Below, piece by piece: positions 27,583 through 40,718 of a DNA stretch of 64,000 nucleotides (the first letter of the stretch is position 1; every line of letters starts with the position of its first letter). The stretch comes from Chrysomallon squamiferum (lineage: Eukaryota > Animalia > Mollusca). The notes beneath the pieces are model-generated. The model made no database searches and was not told the origin of the DNA. It saw only the letters and a list, made by a program, of their open reading frames with translations. The translations under genes were made by a program, and so were the position numbers. The stretch covers positions 16,616,001-16,680,000 of the forward strand of contig CM022665.1 of assembly GCA_012295275.1 (NCBI GenBank), read 5' to 3'.

Positions 27583-27824
27583 CAGTGGCGTGTGGAAGGG
27601 GAGGCCGAAGGGGCTGTGGGGGCATCCAAATGGGGGAGGGGTATTCAATCAGAGAAAAGAAATTAATAAATTTGGTTGATTTATATTTAAAATGAATAAA
27701 GTTCTTATTTTATGTTTCATCTGTGTTTGCATACTCAAAATATCTTCCTTTCTCAATAGAATTTATACTTGAATCTTTGGGGCATACAATCAAGGAGTTA
27801 TCACCAGATCTCTGCACGCCACTG
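27583..27824. mobile_element. Non-autonomous hAT-like MITE, 242 bp
   Basis: Terminal inverted repeats CAGTGGCGTGTGGA and (reverse complement) CAGTGGCGTGCAGA. The 8-bp flanks TATATAAC and CATATAGC match at 6 of 8 positions. Confidence 0.75.
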
Positions 27825-27842
27825 CATATAGCCTATACACGT

Positions 27843-27889
27843 GTGTGAGTGTGTGTGTGTGTATGTCTGTCTGTGTGTGTGTGTGTGAG

Positions 27890-27921
<32 letters not shown>

Positions 27922-27935
27922 AGTGTGTGTGTGTG
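27843..27935. repeat. Imperfect (GT)n microsatellite
   Basis: Direct reading. Confidence 0.9.
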
Positions 27936-28225
27936 TTCTACAGTTTTAGGGCAGACTGGTATTTACATTTCTACATAACTTGGTAATAGACAAGTAGATA
28001 ATAAGGTACTCCACGTCTACATTCCTTGAAAACTGAGTAACGTTTCACTAGGGTAAAACGTCTTTGTGATAAGGGAGATTATTTTGGTTTATAGATCTTT
28101 TAAAAAATTATTGAGATCAGAGGTTTGAATCAATCAGGCTATTTATCTGTCTGTCTATCCATCCGTCCATCCATCTATCCATCCATCATTGTATCATTGT
28201 ATCTGTTTATTTTTCGTCCGTCCGT

Positions 28226-28370
<145 letters not shown>

Positions 28371-28853
28371 TCTTTCCGTCCATACATCTCTATCTATATA
28401 TCTGTCTGTCTGACTATATATTATACGAAACATGTAAATATTAGGTGAAACAGTTATTCGATATAACAATGGATGAATAATTAATTGCTCTTCAAAATCT
28501 AAGTACCGTTTTATTTTGATATTTAGTAGGTGTCAAACAGTAAAGTATACCTTTGAAAAACGAATGAGATAAAATCCCATAACAGCTTTTAGCAGCATTC
28601 AAACGGAAACTATAACTTTGAATAACGAACACATATGAATGAGAGTAAAACCCAATTACAGCCACATTCTGCTTTTATCAGAGGATATTTGTATGCACCT
28701 TGCAAAATACAGGAAATCAAATACGGCCTTTGATAAACTAATAGAAGACCATTAGTCGGAATCGTAAATAGTACAATGGGTGAATCGAGAAGAACCGATC
28801 CCACGACTTCTCATGATATAATGCTTTTTATTATTATTTAAAGACTGGCAAAA

Positions 28854-28931
<78 letters not shown>

Positions 28932-28998
28932 AATAATAATAAATAAATAAATAAATAAATAAATAATGATGATGATTATGACGATGATGATAATAATA
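28854..28998. repeat. Compound (TAA)n(TGA)n(TAAA)n microsatellite
   Basis: Direct reading. Confidence 0.95.
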
Positions 28999-29439
28999 AA
29001 CAAAAAACAACAACAAACAAACAAACACATAAATAAACAAGGAATAAAAAATTAACGAAGAAAAACCAAAAAAAAAGATAATAAGGAAAGAAAGCCGAGA
29101 AAAAGAAAACCAAAACCAAAAAAAAAGATAAATGTAGATTGGTACTGCCAAAGACAACAGCTGCAATAAATTGTCAAGATGATTTTCATCGATTTGGGCA
29201 GGAGAGAGAAATGTCTCATTTTAGAAGCGATTGAAGACGACGTCAGCACGCTATCACCAACATGACACTGGATTTGGGGGTTGTCAGGATGATGAGCTCC
29301 GTGACTTGTTTAAATAATTAAGTCAGAGAATAGACGAAATGGTTTATGGACAAACGTATAGAGAGAAGCTAGATATTTGCATGGATCTGCATATATAACA
29401 TTGTATATAATATATAATATCAAATCAACAGTAATTTAC

Positions 29440-29850
29440 TACTACTACTACTACTAATAATAATAATAATATACACATACATACATATAAACATATACAG
29501 ATACCCTTACGGACACATACATATATACACACATAAACATACATATATACATACATATACAGACACATCTATACATGCATACATACATAAAGATACACAT
29601 CACTACGTACATACACAAACAAATACATACACACATATTCACACACATGCAAACATTTATACATACATACATACATACGTACGTACGTACAAGAAACAAC
29701 TTCAGTGCGTAAGTGCACAATACATACAGATACATGTAAGTACATAATGAATACATACACACACATACTCATACACACAGATACGTACACACATACATAC
29801 CTATACATGCAATGCATTACATACCATACATACATACAAACGTACACACG
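29440..29850. repeat. Low-complexity (TAC)n/(TAA)n and (TACA)-rich tract
   Basis: Direct reading; it yields spurious MYVC-type ORFs. Confidence 0.85.
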
Positions 29851-30240
29851 TAAAACACATCAGTTCACTTAGATCACTCATTTTTATTCTTCTCCATTTT
29901 GTCCCTCACATATTCCAGCTGCTATATTATTTCAAACTTGAAACAAAGAAGTGAAATACTTAACATATTTCTGTTTAATTTTCGTTGCAATGTTTTCATT
30001 ATAAAACAAACTTACCAGCTCGCGTGGTGTCCAGTATACACAGCTGTATCGCACACAACGCTTTCCACCACTATTAAACAACAAACTTGTCCTTACAGCG
30101 TTTTACCTGCCAGTCACGTGACTTCAGTAAACGTACAGCAAGTGGAAGCTGTATCGATTGAACGATGACGACAATATGGATAATCTGGACATAGAGTAAT
30201 ATGACGAAAAACGCCTGCATTAATGTTGATTAACTTGTAA

Positions 30241-30253
30241 ACTACTACTACGG

Positions 30254-30312
<59 letters not shown>

Positions 30313-30350
30313 ATAATAATAATAATAATAATAAAAAAATAATAATAATG
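30241..30350. repeat. (TAC)n(TAA)n microsatellite
   Basis: Direct reading. Confidence 0.95.
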
Positions 30351-31029
30351 TTATATTTATAAAAATAATAACCATGATGATGATGACGATTATGATCATA
30401 GAATTCTTTTTCTTCTTCTTCTTCTTCTTTATTATTATTACTGTAGACGGTAATTAAATAAATTTAAAAAAAGAAATGTCCCCCATGTCCCAGTGATTTA
30501 TGTGTACAAACTGTAGGACAGTTTAACGAGCAGAGGTAGTCGATCTGTTTGCAGTGTTAGTTTCAAATCTTTCTTTTTACGGTTAGACCCACAAGTTAAT
30601 TACAGAATTCGTTTTCTTTTATATAGGAATGTATGTTCAAAAATTAACAACAACAACAGCAGCAACAGTCAACATAATCAGTATCAAATCTGTTTAATAA
30701 TTATTGATTAACATACGTACAAAACACATCAAACACCAAAATGCATTGACCTGTATAAATGTCTTTGCGAAAATACTCCAACAAGGGGAAGTTAAAAATA
30801 GGAGTAGTTCAGTTGTTAACTCTGTATTGTTCCGTACCGGGCAGCGTCCTTGAATAAATATCTCAGTTCTGTTGACTGAACATATCCAGTAGCCCGTGGA
30901 AAAGAAAAGAAAAGAAAAAATCGAAAGAAAGGAAAAAAGCCCCTGTCCGTATCTTATTTATTATCAGACACGCCTGCTATCATTAAGGGCCTCATCCTTA
31001 TTTACTTCTACTCTTCTGTTCCACGTTAT

Positions 31030-31625
31030 TTATTATGATTGTTATTGTTATTATTATTGTAATTGTTATTGTTATTATAATTGTTTTCATCATCATCATT
31101 GTCGTCGTCATCATAAATATTATTATTATCATTATTATTTTGTTATTATTATCATCATTATCATCATCATCATATTCATTATCATTACTATTATTATCAT
31201 TATCATTATTATTGTTGTCATTATTATTATTATTATCATTACTGTTACTATCATACCATTATCATTAATGGGTTTTTATCGTTGTTTTATTTCACTGGCT
31301 AGAGATTTGGAAGAATGAAGACTTTACCAGTTTCCATCCGTATTATTGCTTCTTTGCTTTTATAAATTATGTGGTTGTGTGTACAGAATGTATGTGTATG
31401 TATGTGTATATGTATGTCTGTATGTGTGTATATATATGTATGTATGTATGTGTGTGCATTTGTGCGTATATGTGCATATATGTATATATATATGGGTGAA
31501 TACGTACATACGTAATTATGTGTATATATGGACTTCTCTATGTGTATGTTTACGAACGAACGTACGCATGTGAGTATGTATGTATATGTGTGTGTATGTA
31601 TGTATGTACGTGTGTGTGTGCATGT
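31030..31625. repeat. Degenerate (ATT/ATC)n tract followed by a (TATG)-rich tract
   Basis: Direct reading; it yields poly-Ile ORFs. Confidence 0.85.
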
Positions 31626-33977
31626 ATTCGAATGTGCGTAAGTTCGAATGACAGGGTAATGCTATATTTTAATTAAAGGAGGAAAAAAACAAAATAACAA
31701 AAACAAAATCAAATACGCCTCCACATAGACACATCAGTCCATGCTCCTTGATACATACTGACTACTACTCGATGGGTCAGAGGTTTACAAACTGTTCTAC
31801 GGGGTTCAACAAAATTAACGCGATGGCAGCTCTCAGCACTGAAACAATTGCACTAGGAATCGATAGACAAAGTTTTGTTGTTGGTCTTGATACAACCTTT
31901 CTAACGAAAGTCTTTCAAAATGGTAATTTAATTGATCGCGAGGCTTTTGATCACGAAGGTATTGGGAGACTTAGATCGTTGTCAGAACACTCAACACGAG
32001 ATTCAAGGCATTCGGCCTGCAGTATTGAGTAAATGTGTCTGATCGCCCGGTGACGATCTTAAAAGAAGAAAAATTATCCACGACCTTGAAATTAACAAAT
32101 TCATGTTGTTTTTTTGGTTTATCTACCAATATATGCCTCTGATTGTGTCTGTGTGCCCCTGCATGTAAATGAGTATATTGTTATGCGTCCAAACTGCGTC
32201 TATATGCATAAGAGTTACTTTCTGTCAAACAGAATTCTTTGGACTTTTCAAATATCTAATAACATACACAGAAATAGACTTATATAATTTATCTTCCTAT
32301 ACGAAATTATAAGAAATTATACTCTAAATTAATCTTATATTATGACATTAGCTGCAAACAACAATTTTCGTGTTTTATTCATTATCTTACAATGCCCCCC
32401 CCTAAAAAAAAAAAAAAAGAAGAATAAAAAACCCACCAGTACACTCCGAAACTTGCTTAATAGATCAAAAGACAACCATTAATGTCTATGATATTATTTC
32501 ATTAGAAATACAAATCAAATGACATTTCATCTGAAGACCAATTATCTTTTCTGAAACACGATGATATTAGACAATATTCATCAAAAGTCCTTTCACTAAG
32601 TCGAACATCACGTCCGTAAATTAGACTATCCCGCATCACTTCCGGTGATTTAGGTTGGTAGGTGTTCCGAAGAGCAATTTGAATATTGGTCCATTTAAAT
32701 TACATCGGATTTTTTCCGCTGTCGGCGATCAGTCTAGCATTCATAACGACTAAGTACACCAATCCATCTACAGAACCAGCTGTTCTTGCTTGTCTAGATG
32801 AGTGTTCAGATATATTAACAATCACACTACTCTATTAATAACCGCTTTCAGTAAATATTCGTAAACAAATTGATGTCGATTAGTATTAAAAGGGATACAT
32901 TTGCAATGAACCATTTAAATCTGAAAATTTAAGCACATTTGTACAGGGCTTAAAATCCAGGAGTCTCGATTTTCTAATAAAGGCTGTATTAAAAGACTAA
33001 ACTTTCACATCCCTCATTAAAAAAGATGAAATGCATTTGTTAACGATTCAAAACATTTTAAACAACGTTATATTGTATAATGCGTATGGAGCACAGAGAT
33101 AAGGAAAGTGGAAACTCGCTTCTTTCATTCGACCAGGTTTTTCGATTAGCAGTTAAGAGTTTGAATTAAAGCACCACTGTTTTGATTTAAACGATTCCCG
33201 CCCGATTGTTCTAGTTTCACGTCTAAAATAGTCACAGTGGATCTCAAAGAAAGGATTAGAATATTTTTGTGAATTATTTTATATATATAATATAGATAGA
33301 TAGATAAATGTGAATTCTCTTTCCTTAAAAGTGATTGTTAACAAAATAATATATTATTTTCATGTTACTGTTTTGCTTAATTTTTATTTCTGCAGTCTAA
33401 TAATAAAATATGTACCTATGAAAGAAAGCAAAATATTTTCAACTTGTTCTATAACATATTCCTTTATGTTTCTTCAGTTTTTAAAAGCGTTTTATTAAGC
33501 TAATAACAAAGCGTATTAAAAGATACATATCAGTTGTGAAGAATATTGATTTATACATAGTTTCCCTTCTTGTCAGTTTATACAGTTCAGATGTAACTGT
33601 TCCTATTTAGCAACTCAAAAACACATACATTTCCTTTTTTTCTTTTTTAACTTTTTCTTTTTTTTTTACTATAAAGTAAATAAATTTTGTTTTAATTCTT
33701 GTTTCCTGCCGGTGACGTTGATATATAATATCTGTTAAATAATTATCCCTTTTACTTTTAATACAAACTATATAAACAGCAAGCATGATTAATATTTATG
33801 CTCTCACTGACGATTATTTATGATACGTCAGATTCGTAGATGAGAATAACCATTATCTCTAATGGTTCGAGATAATACTATTTTCACTACAAAGTAATGT
33901 TATTGTTTTTATGTGATACAGCGGTTTATTAAGTAATGTATTAAAATAAGTTTTTTCTCTACTTATGTTTATCAGAT

Positions 33978-33982
<5 letters not shown>

Positions 33983-34063
<81 letters not shown>

Positions 34064-34124
34064 TATATATATATACGTGTGTATGTATATATATGTGCAT
34101 GTATGTATATGTGTGTATGTACGT

Positions 34125-34158
<34 letters not shown>
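33983..34158. repeat. Compound (CT)n(GT)n(AT)n microsatellite
   Basis: Direct reading. Confidence 0.95.
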
Positions 34159-34159
<1 letters not shown>

Positions 34160-34921
34160 TCGAGACACATTTCCATATAATCTTCTATAAACCGCTTTTT
34201 GGACCCGACCATAAATTGTCTCTATCTCATATTACAATACCGGTCACGGCTCTAGATAATCAGTAATTTATGGTTCGATATTAAAGCACTCGATGTTAAT
34301 ATCCTGAATTGGAGAAAAATGAGAATCTCCTGTTTCTGACTAGTGGTATCGATATTTCGATACTAGCTGTATATTTGATATGAAGCTAAGGCCATGAAAG
34401 TTCAGGCGCAATAAAATAAATAATCGACTTCTGCAGTTTTAACCTATGGCAAAAGTCTTTATTATTATTATTATGATTATTATTATGATTATTTTTTTGT
34501 AACAATAAATGATATTTTAAAAATACTTTCGTTTTCATTCTTTCAGTATTTTTATCTATGTATTATGAATGTGTCTGTTTAATTTTCTATTTATCTTTCT
34601 ACGTATTATTTATTTATATTTTTAATGTCTTTTACCTTTTTTGTTTCTTCTCAAAACTGGTAACACCCAACTATCAGTACACTCAACTTTACTCTTTTTA
34701 TTATATATATATGAAAGTACTCACCTGAAAACATGCCTCCTAGACCACTGATACCGAATTGTAGTCACACAGTCGGAAATATAATCTATCGAAAATTGTC
34801 AGCATCGTGTATCCTTGTCGGTCGAACTCATCGATCGATAACCGTGCTATAAAATATTGATCCGTGTCCACGATCTACGTAAATCTAATCAAGCATGATG
34901 CTGCACATTTAATAAGTAAAA

Positions 34922-34926
<5 letters not shown>

Positions 34927-34993
<67 letters not shown>

Positions 34994-35385
34994 GTAAGAG
35001 TTTTTCAGTTTAAATCTATGGACGTGAATATGATAAAACATATTGCAGGAAGTTTTTTTCTTCTGAAATGACTATACTAACAGTTACTCTAATATGATAC
35101 ACATTAATACGAAAAGGCGATTGTTCTTTTTGTATATCTCTGCCTGACTGAATTTTTCTTTCTGTATCTAATTATCTCTGTCTTATTCTCTCTATCCATG
35201 TCTAAACGCATTCGCGCACACACACGCACATACCTCGCGCACGCATGCATATACTTCTTCTCTCCCTTCTCTCAAAAAAATCCAGTTCTTAAATAAATCA
35301 AATGAAGGATTGTCAAGGGTTGCTGCTAAAAATAGCTACAAATGTTCACGCCAGTTTGTTCATTACTTTATTATTATTATTTGTT

Positions 35386-35461
<76 letters not shown>

Positions 35462-35796
35462 GTGGATTTAAGTTCTATGAGAATTTTCTATAACGTAGAG
35501 CAAAGAAATTTTGCGAGTATTTTAAGGAGCATCTCTCACTGACCTCCCGCATTAGAGTTACTTACGAATTTGGTTTCTTTGACAAACCGTGGGTCTCTTT
35601 GCAGTTCAACCAGTACATATTTTATAGAACAGTTAAACGAAACAATCCTTTTCTGTTTTCTTCTGTAATTACTCGTCATGCTTCTGCGGCTTCCCTGATC
35701 ACATTTTAGTAAGAATGACAAATACAGATGAAGACAGACAGATAGACGGATAGGAATATAAGCGAAAATATACCGAAATAAGATAGTCGTCGGTCT

Positions 35797-35870
<74 letters not shown>
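34927..35870. repeat. Three long GA/CT microsatellites (34927-34988 GA, 35387-35458 CT, 35798-35867 GA)
   Basis: Direct reading; orientations alternate. Confidence 0.92.
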
Positions 35871-35875
<5 letters not shown>

Positions 35876-38499
35876 TGAGTGAGTGAGTGTTGGTTAGCAT
35901 ACAAATAAATACGATGTGTTTGGGATGGAAAAGTCACAATGACACCGATAATGTAAAGTAGGTTAAAAAAGTGTTGTTTGAAGGTTAATGGGTACGTGGG
36001 AGTTTTCAGTTTTATGTCCTCTTTGTCTAATAACGACTAAACGAATTATAATGAAGGCATGTTTATCGTTTATGACCAGCGTTAGGGAAATTTTAAGGAT
36101 CACTTTTACAAAATATATCTTTCGTTGTTCATAAAAGTCAGATTAAAGGAAGTAAATGTCTCCGATTTTGCGAGTAGTAACAGTTACAATAGATCCAATT
36201 ATTTGTGTAATTTCCTCCCTTCATTCTTTGTTCCAAGATTGATGCGCTAAGCTTCGAACTGATCTTGCCAATCCGAACATGCCTGTAAATGGTATAATTA
36301 ACAAACAAAAATAATAATAAAATAAAAGAAATTGCATTTTATAGTTAAAATAAAAAATAAAAATAAATATTTACTGCATTATTAAAAAAGAGAGGCGTGA
36401 ATATTTTTATATTAGCTAGGTAAAATATGGTTTTACTTGGTTGTTAATTGAATTGTAGTAATCTGCTCAGATGCTATAGGAAAATAATTTTTATGAAGAT
36501 ACACTGAATTTTTTGATGCCTTACAGATCGGGAAACTCTAAACTTTAACTTATTTCGTCCATGCCTAAATTTTCTGGTGTTTAATGTGATTTTTTTACAC
36601 TCATAAATAAAAATCCAGTTTGTGTATCTTTATCTCATACTGTTTTCATTTCATTACTAATATTGGAAGCGTCATCGCCCTTTTCGTAAATACTTTCTTC
36701 AAAAAGATAGCGACGTAAATATAATATTTTGACAAAAGTATTCATAAATGAAAACAAATGTCTAATTAACATTTTAAATATTTATTAATTCAGTTAAAAA
36801 ACAAACATGTGAATACTTAATGTGAAATAATCAGACTATTGTAAATTAAAGAGATTTGACAAAATTGTTCAGTTTAAATTATATAAGTAGAAACATAGGG
36901 GGTGGATAACAAACCTGACCGTACGGTCAGGATCTGAATTTATCCACTGCTGATGAGATAATATTGCTGTGGTGATGTTAAATAAATAATGTTGTTTTTA
37001 TTTCTTATCAGTAATTACCATCATTAATAAAATATGTGTTTTCTTTTAATTAGCGAATATACAGCATCGACAAGAAGCGGGCTCTGGTTTGTAGCGAAAA
37101 TGCAGAGCAGAGCATGATTCGTTACACTTCATTCCTTCTATGTGCAATTTCCCGTTCTACCAAATGTCCAACTATTGCTATATCAAAGACATTTGTATGT
37201 TAGAAGAAACATATAAAGGTTCGTCGCTGTAAACAGTTACGAGTTATACCAGCGGTTGAGTTGCTGCGGATTAACTTGATCACATGTAGTCATTACACAA
37301 AGAGCAGATATTCGTCTGTTTTATGAGCGTAAATAATAAAACGTGTTGAATGTTCATTAAATAAACAATCTAGCACAGTTCTCTATGTTACATGCAAATG
37401 TACCTTCCTTAAATATGTGGTATACAGTTCTGTAGTTTACTGATCTTTTTACGATCTCAGACATCGGTGGGTAACAATAAATGGATCGAGTAAAAATTAA
37501 GTTTATTAAAAGCCATTATAATATTTTGGACAATGTTTTACTGAGAAAAATAACGAAGGACAGAGGATGGCAGATTAACAGCAGAGATAGAAAATGAGAG
37601 ATAAATATATAGACAGACCGATTATAGAGAGACAGATAGATAGAGGTATAGACAGACAGATAGATACATGCACACACACACTTACATAGATACATACATG
37701 CATGCACACATACTTAGATAGACAAATAGAGTGAAACAAATAGAGAGATAATGAGAGACAGACTAGCAGATATAGTTTTTATATATTAGGCTTAAAGTCG
37801 TTTCACTTGTTTGACATTATTTTGAAAACATTTGGTTCTGAGAAAAATGAACGTTGTTCTCAGTTACTATATCTACCATTATTTTTACGGAAAAAAAATG
37901 TATTTGTAACATTATTATAAAAACATAATTGGTAATATTATATTTAAGTTCTTTGCGAAGGCTGAGTCTGATATTAAAATGAGATAATTTTTTTCATAAA
38001 CGCCAGTGTAAGATTAACACAATATGTTGTTTTGGTTTTTTTTGTGTTTTTTTTTCTATTCCATTTGAAATGAAATGCAATTAACTTAACAAAAACAAGT
38101 ATTATTTTCAGTATCTTATTTTCTTTTTTCAGACAACGCAAAATGCCTCAAGGATTAAGAAATATAATTAAGCTGAAACAAGAAAGCAACTGAAAACTTA
38201 AATCGAGCTCGCGATGTTATGCTAGTGGACTTTTTAAAAATGTTATTAACCACCTCCGCTGTATTTTGCTAGCCCCGTTTTGTTGCAGCTTTTGTTGTAT
38301 ATTTCCTCATCAGATCTGAGATAATTATTTCCGCAGCAGATGGTGATATAATTACTCCTTCACTGTGATTTCTAAATCATTCCGTTTCCTATAGGTCGTG
38401 TTATTGTTTTAATATATTGTTTTAATAACCTTTTCTAACAACAAAGTAATGACAGCAAGTCAACAATAATTATAAAAACAGGAATATACATATGATGAC

Positions 38500-38625
38500 T
38501 TTTAAATGAATCTGTCGAGAGATCCTGAATGAAAATGGAAATCGCCCAAAGATGGCACTTGTGCAGAATTGATCCCGGACCCATCGAAGCTCAATACCGA
38601 CTCATATCACTGAATTGCAGCCCTC
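38500..38625 (-). mobile_element. Degenerate tRNA-derived SINE head
   Basis: The minus strand reads GGGCTGCAATTCAGTGATA...GGTCCGGGATCAATTC, i.e. decayed A-box and B-box at tRNA-like spacing. Weakly similar sequence occurs near 60535-60570 (GGAAATAGCCCAA). Confidence 0.4.
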
Positions 38626-38873
38626 TTCGTCATTATCTTTGTCCTGTGTTTAATGTAATAAAATATTCTTCAGTTTGATTTAAAGATTTCCGACTGAGGA
38701 TAGATTAATTAGTATTTATTTTGTTTACAATATCATATGCCTAACTACATCATTTGATACTGAATTTAAACATACGATATTAAAGCAGGTGCATATCCAA
38801 CGATGATCAGAGGATTTTTTTGGGGGGGAGGGGGTTCACGTGGGTGTGAGTATTGTTCTTCATTTACTGAACG

Positions 38874-40718
38874 TACGTTCTTGAAGTTTATAGTTACGTC
38901 GATTAGTATCAGATGTTCCAATACACAAAAGAATCAAGTTTTATTTGTTGTTATATATGTCTACAGACATATAATTAATTATGTTGCATCATTAAAATAT
39001 TTGTGTGCACACATGTGTGATGTGTGTCTGTGTGTGTTTGTATGTCTTTATGTACTTATATATGTCAGTATGTGTATGTGTATGCGCATCCGTATGTGGA
39101 TGTGTGTGTGTTTGTGTTAACCAAATTCAGAAGAACCACTTCGGAGATAATTTCGGAGGACTGGATTGTCAGACCCTGCTCTTTTAGTAAACCTTGGATC
39201 GGCACCTGAAATATATTGTTAGTATATCAATTATTTGTTACAAAATCATAAGCTTATATAGATTTTACAGATTACATATATGGTATAATTAGAAAGTATT
39301 AACTAAGAAGTAATCATTTAATAAAATTAAATGTTATTTGAATACTCTGGATTAAGGCCCCGGTGTAAAATATTGTGTATAAGATTAAGAAAGTTTTGGG
39401 GAAAAAAAAGAAAAAAAGAAAAAGGCTTTTCAGAATGTTAATATTGTACGTAATATATATATATATATATAACTCGTCATTTTAAAACTGACTTCATTGT
39501 CCAGCGATTGCACAAGATGACGGATAGAAGCACTGACCATCATGGATTCATTGATTAATGGATAAAACACGACTTTTGTGATGTAGAGCTTCAGTTAAGT
39601 CTCAGAAATTTTAATATATTTGAGTAATTATGAAGTTTGATAAAAGTGAGATTATACTTAGCTATGCATTTTTATTGGTACAAATATAATTTCCCTTTCC
39701 AACGAACAAGTTACAATCACCACTGAAATAATGACTATAGCTAAATGCCCTACTGCAGTAACTAATACTGTTTTTCTCCGTTCTTGAAGTTTATAGTTAC
39801 GTCGATTAGTATCAGATGTTGCAAAAATCGAAAGTTTTTCACCATGGCTTGTACAGTGGTATCCCAGGGGAGTCTGCAATACGTGGAAATCAATTGAATC
39901 AAGTATCGCAGTTTGGTTTGGGTCGTCGTATGAGATGTGTAGAAAACACAAACGTAAAAAGAACCATGTCCGCAAAACTTTAACATGTTATTCTTTGAAC
40001 AGTTATTAGCTGTTTGGCAATTAGTTTATTATCATTTTTAAATTTTATTATTATTATTATTATTATTCGATCATTTAGCATCAGAGCTAGATTCATCCGA
40101 ATCTTTTTATGGATAGGAATAAGTATCATCATTTTATCACTTGTATTTAATCTGTTTGGAACGAGAAATAACCCAATGCATGCATCGGCAGTGTTTATCT
40201 CATAACTTAAGCTGTTTTAAAAGGGTCACTGTTTAGTACAAATAAATACGTTTAGCTAGATAAAATTTCAAACATCTCCAATGTGATTTTATATATTCTC
40301 AGACCAAGAGAATGTTATAGTTTGTCCTGAATGCTTATTTACTTGTATAATATATACGTGTATGTAAAACAAGATACCACTACCTCAAGGTTAATCATTT
40401 CTGTCACCTTGCTAACGATAGAGAACTATTGATTCCTTGAACGACAATCACGGTTTAAGAACACGATTACTGATGGAAATCCATTTTGTAACAATAACTT
40501 TTAATTAACTATACATATTTTGCCAATTTTAGAAGCCAGTTGTTTCCAGCGATCGCTCGAGATGACGGATAGAAGCATTGACCACAGTGGCCATGAAATG
40601 TGTGCTTCTTTACTTCAATTAATGGATAACACACGACTTTTGTGATGCAGAGCTTTGAATAAGTCTCAGAAATTTTAATATATTTGAGTAATTATACAAT
40701 TTGATATAAAAGTGAGAC
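38874..40718. repeat. Old local duplication with an offset of about 0.9-1.05 kb
   Basis: 38876-38917 is nearly identical to 39779-39820 (CGTTCTTGAAGTTTATAGTTACGTCGATTAGTATCAGATGTT), and 39500-39650 is similar to 40545-40716. Confidence 0.85.

Noticed and set aside
31759-32057. Minus-strand frame with several in-frame TGA codons (selenoprotein idea)
   Set aside because: The TGAs are the antisense of TCA triplets on the plus strand, the frame ends in TAG TAG, and I found no SECIS or redox motif.
39816-39983. 55-aa ORF containing SQFGLGRR, reminiscent of an FGLamide (allatostatin-A-like) amidation and cleavage site
   Set aside because: Single copy, no signal peptide, no upstream dibasic site, weak acceptor, and it overlaps a local duplication. 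Another frame looks vaguely LINE-like (IESSIAVWFGS), so chance is likely.
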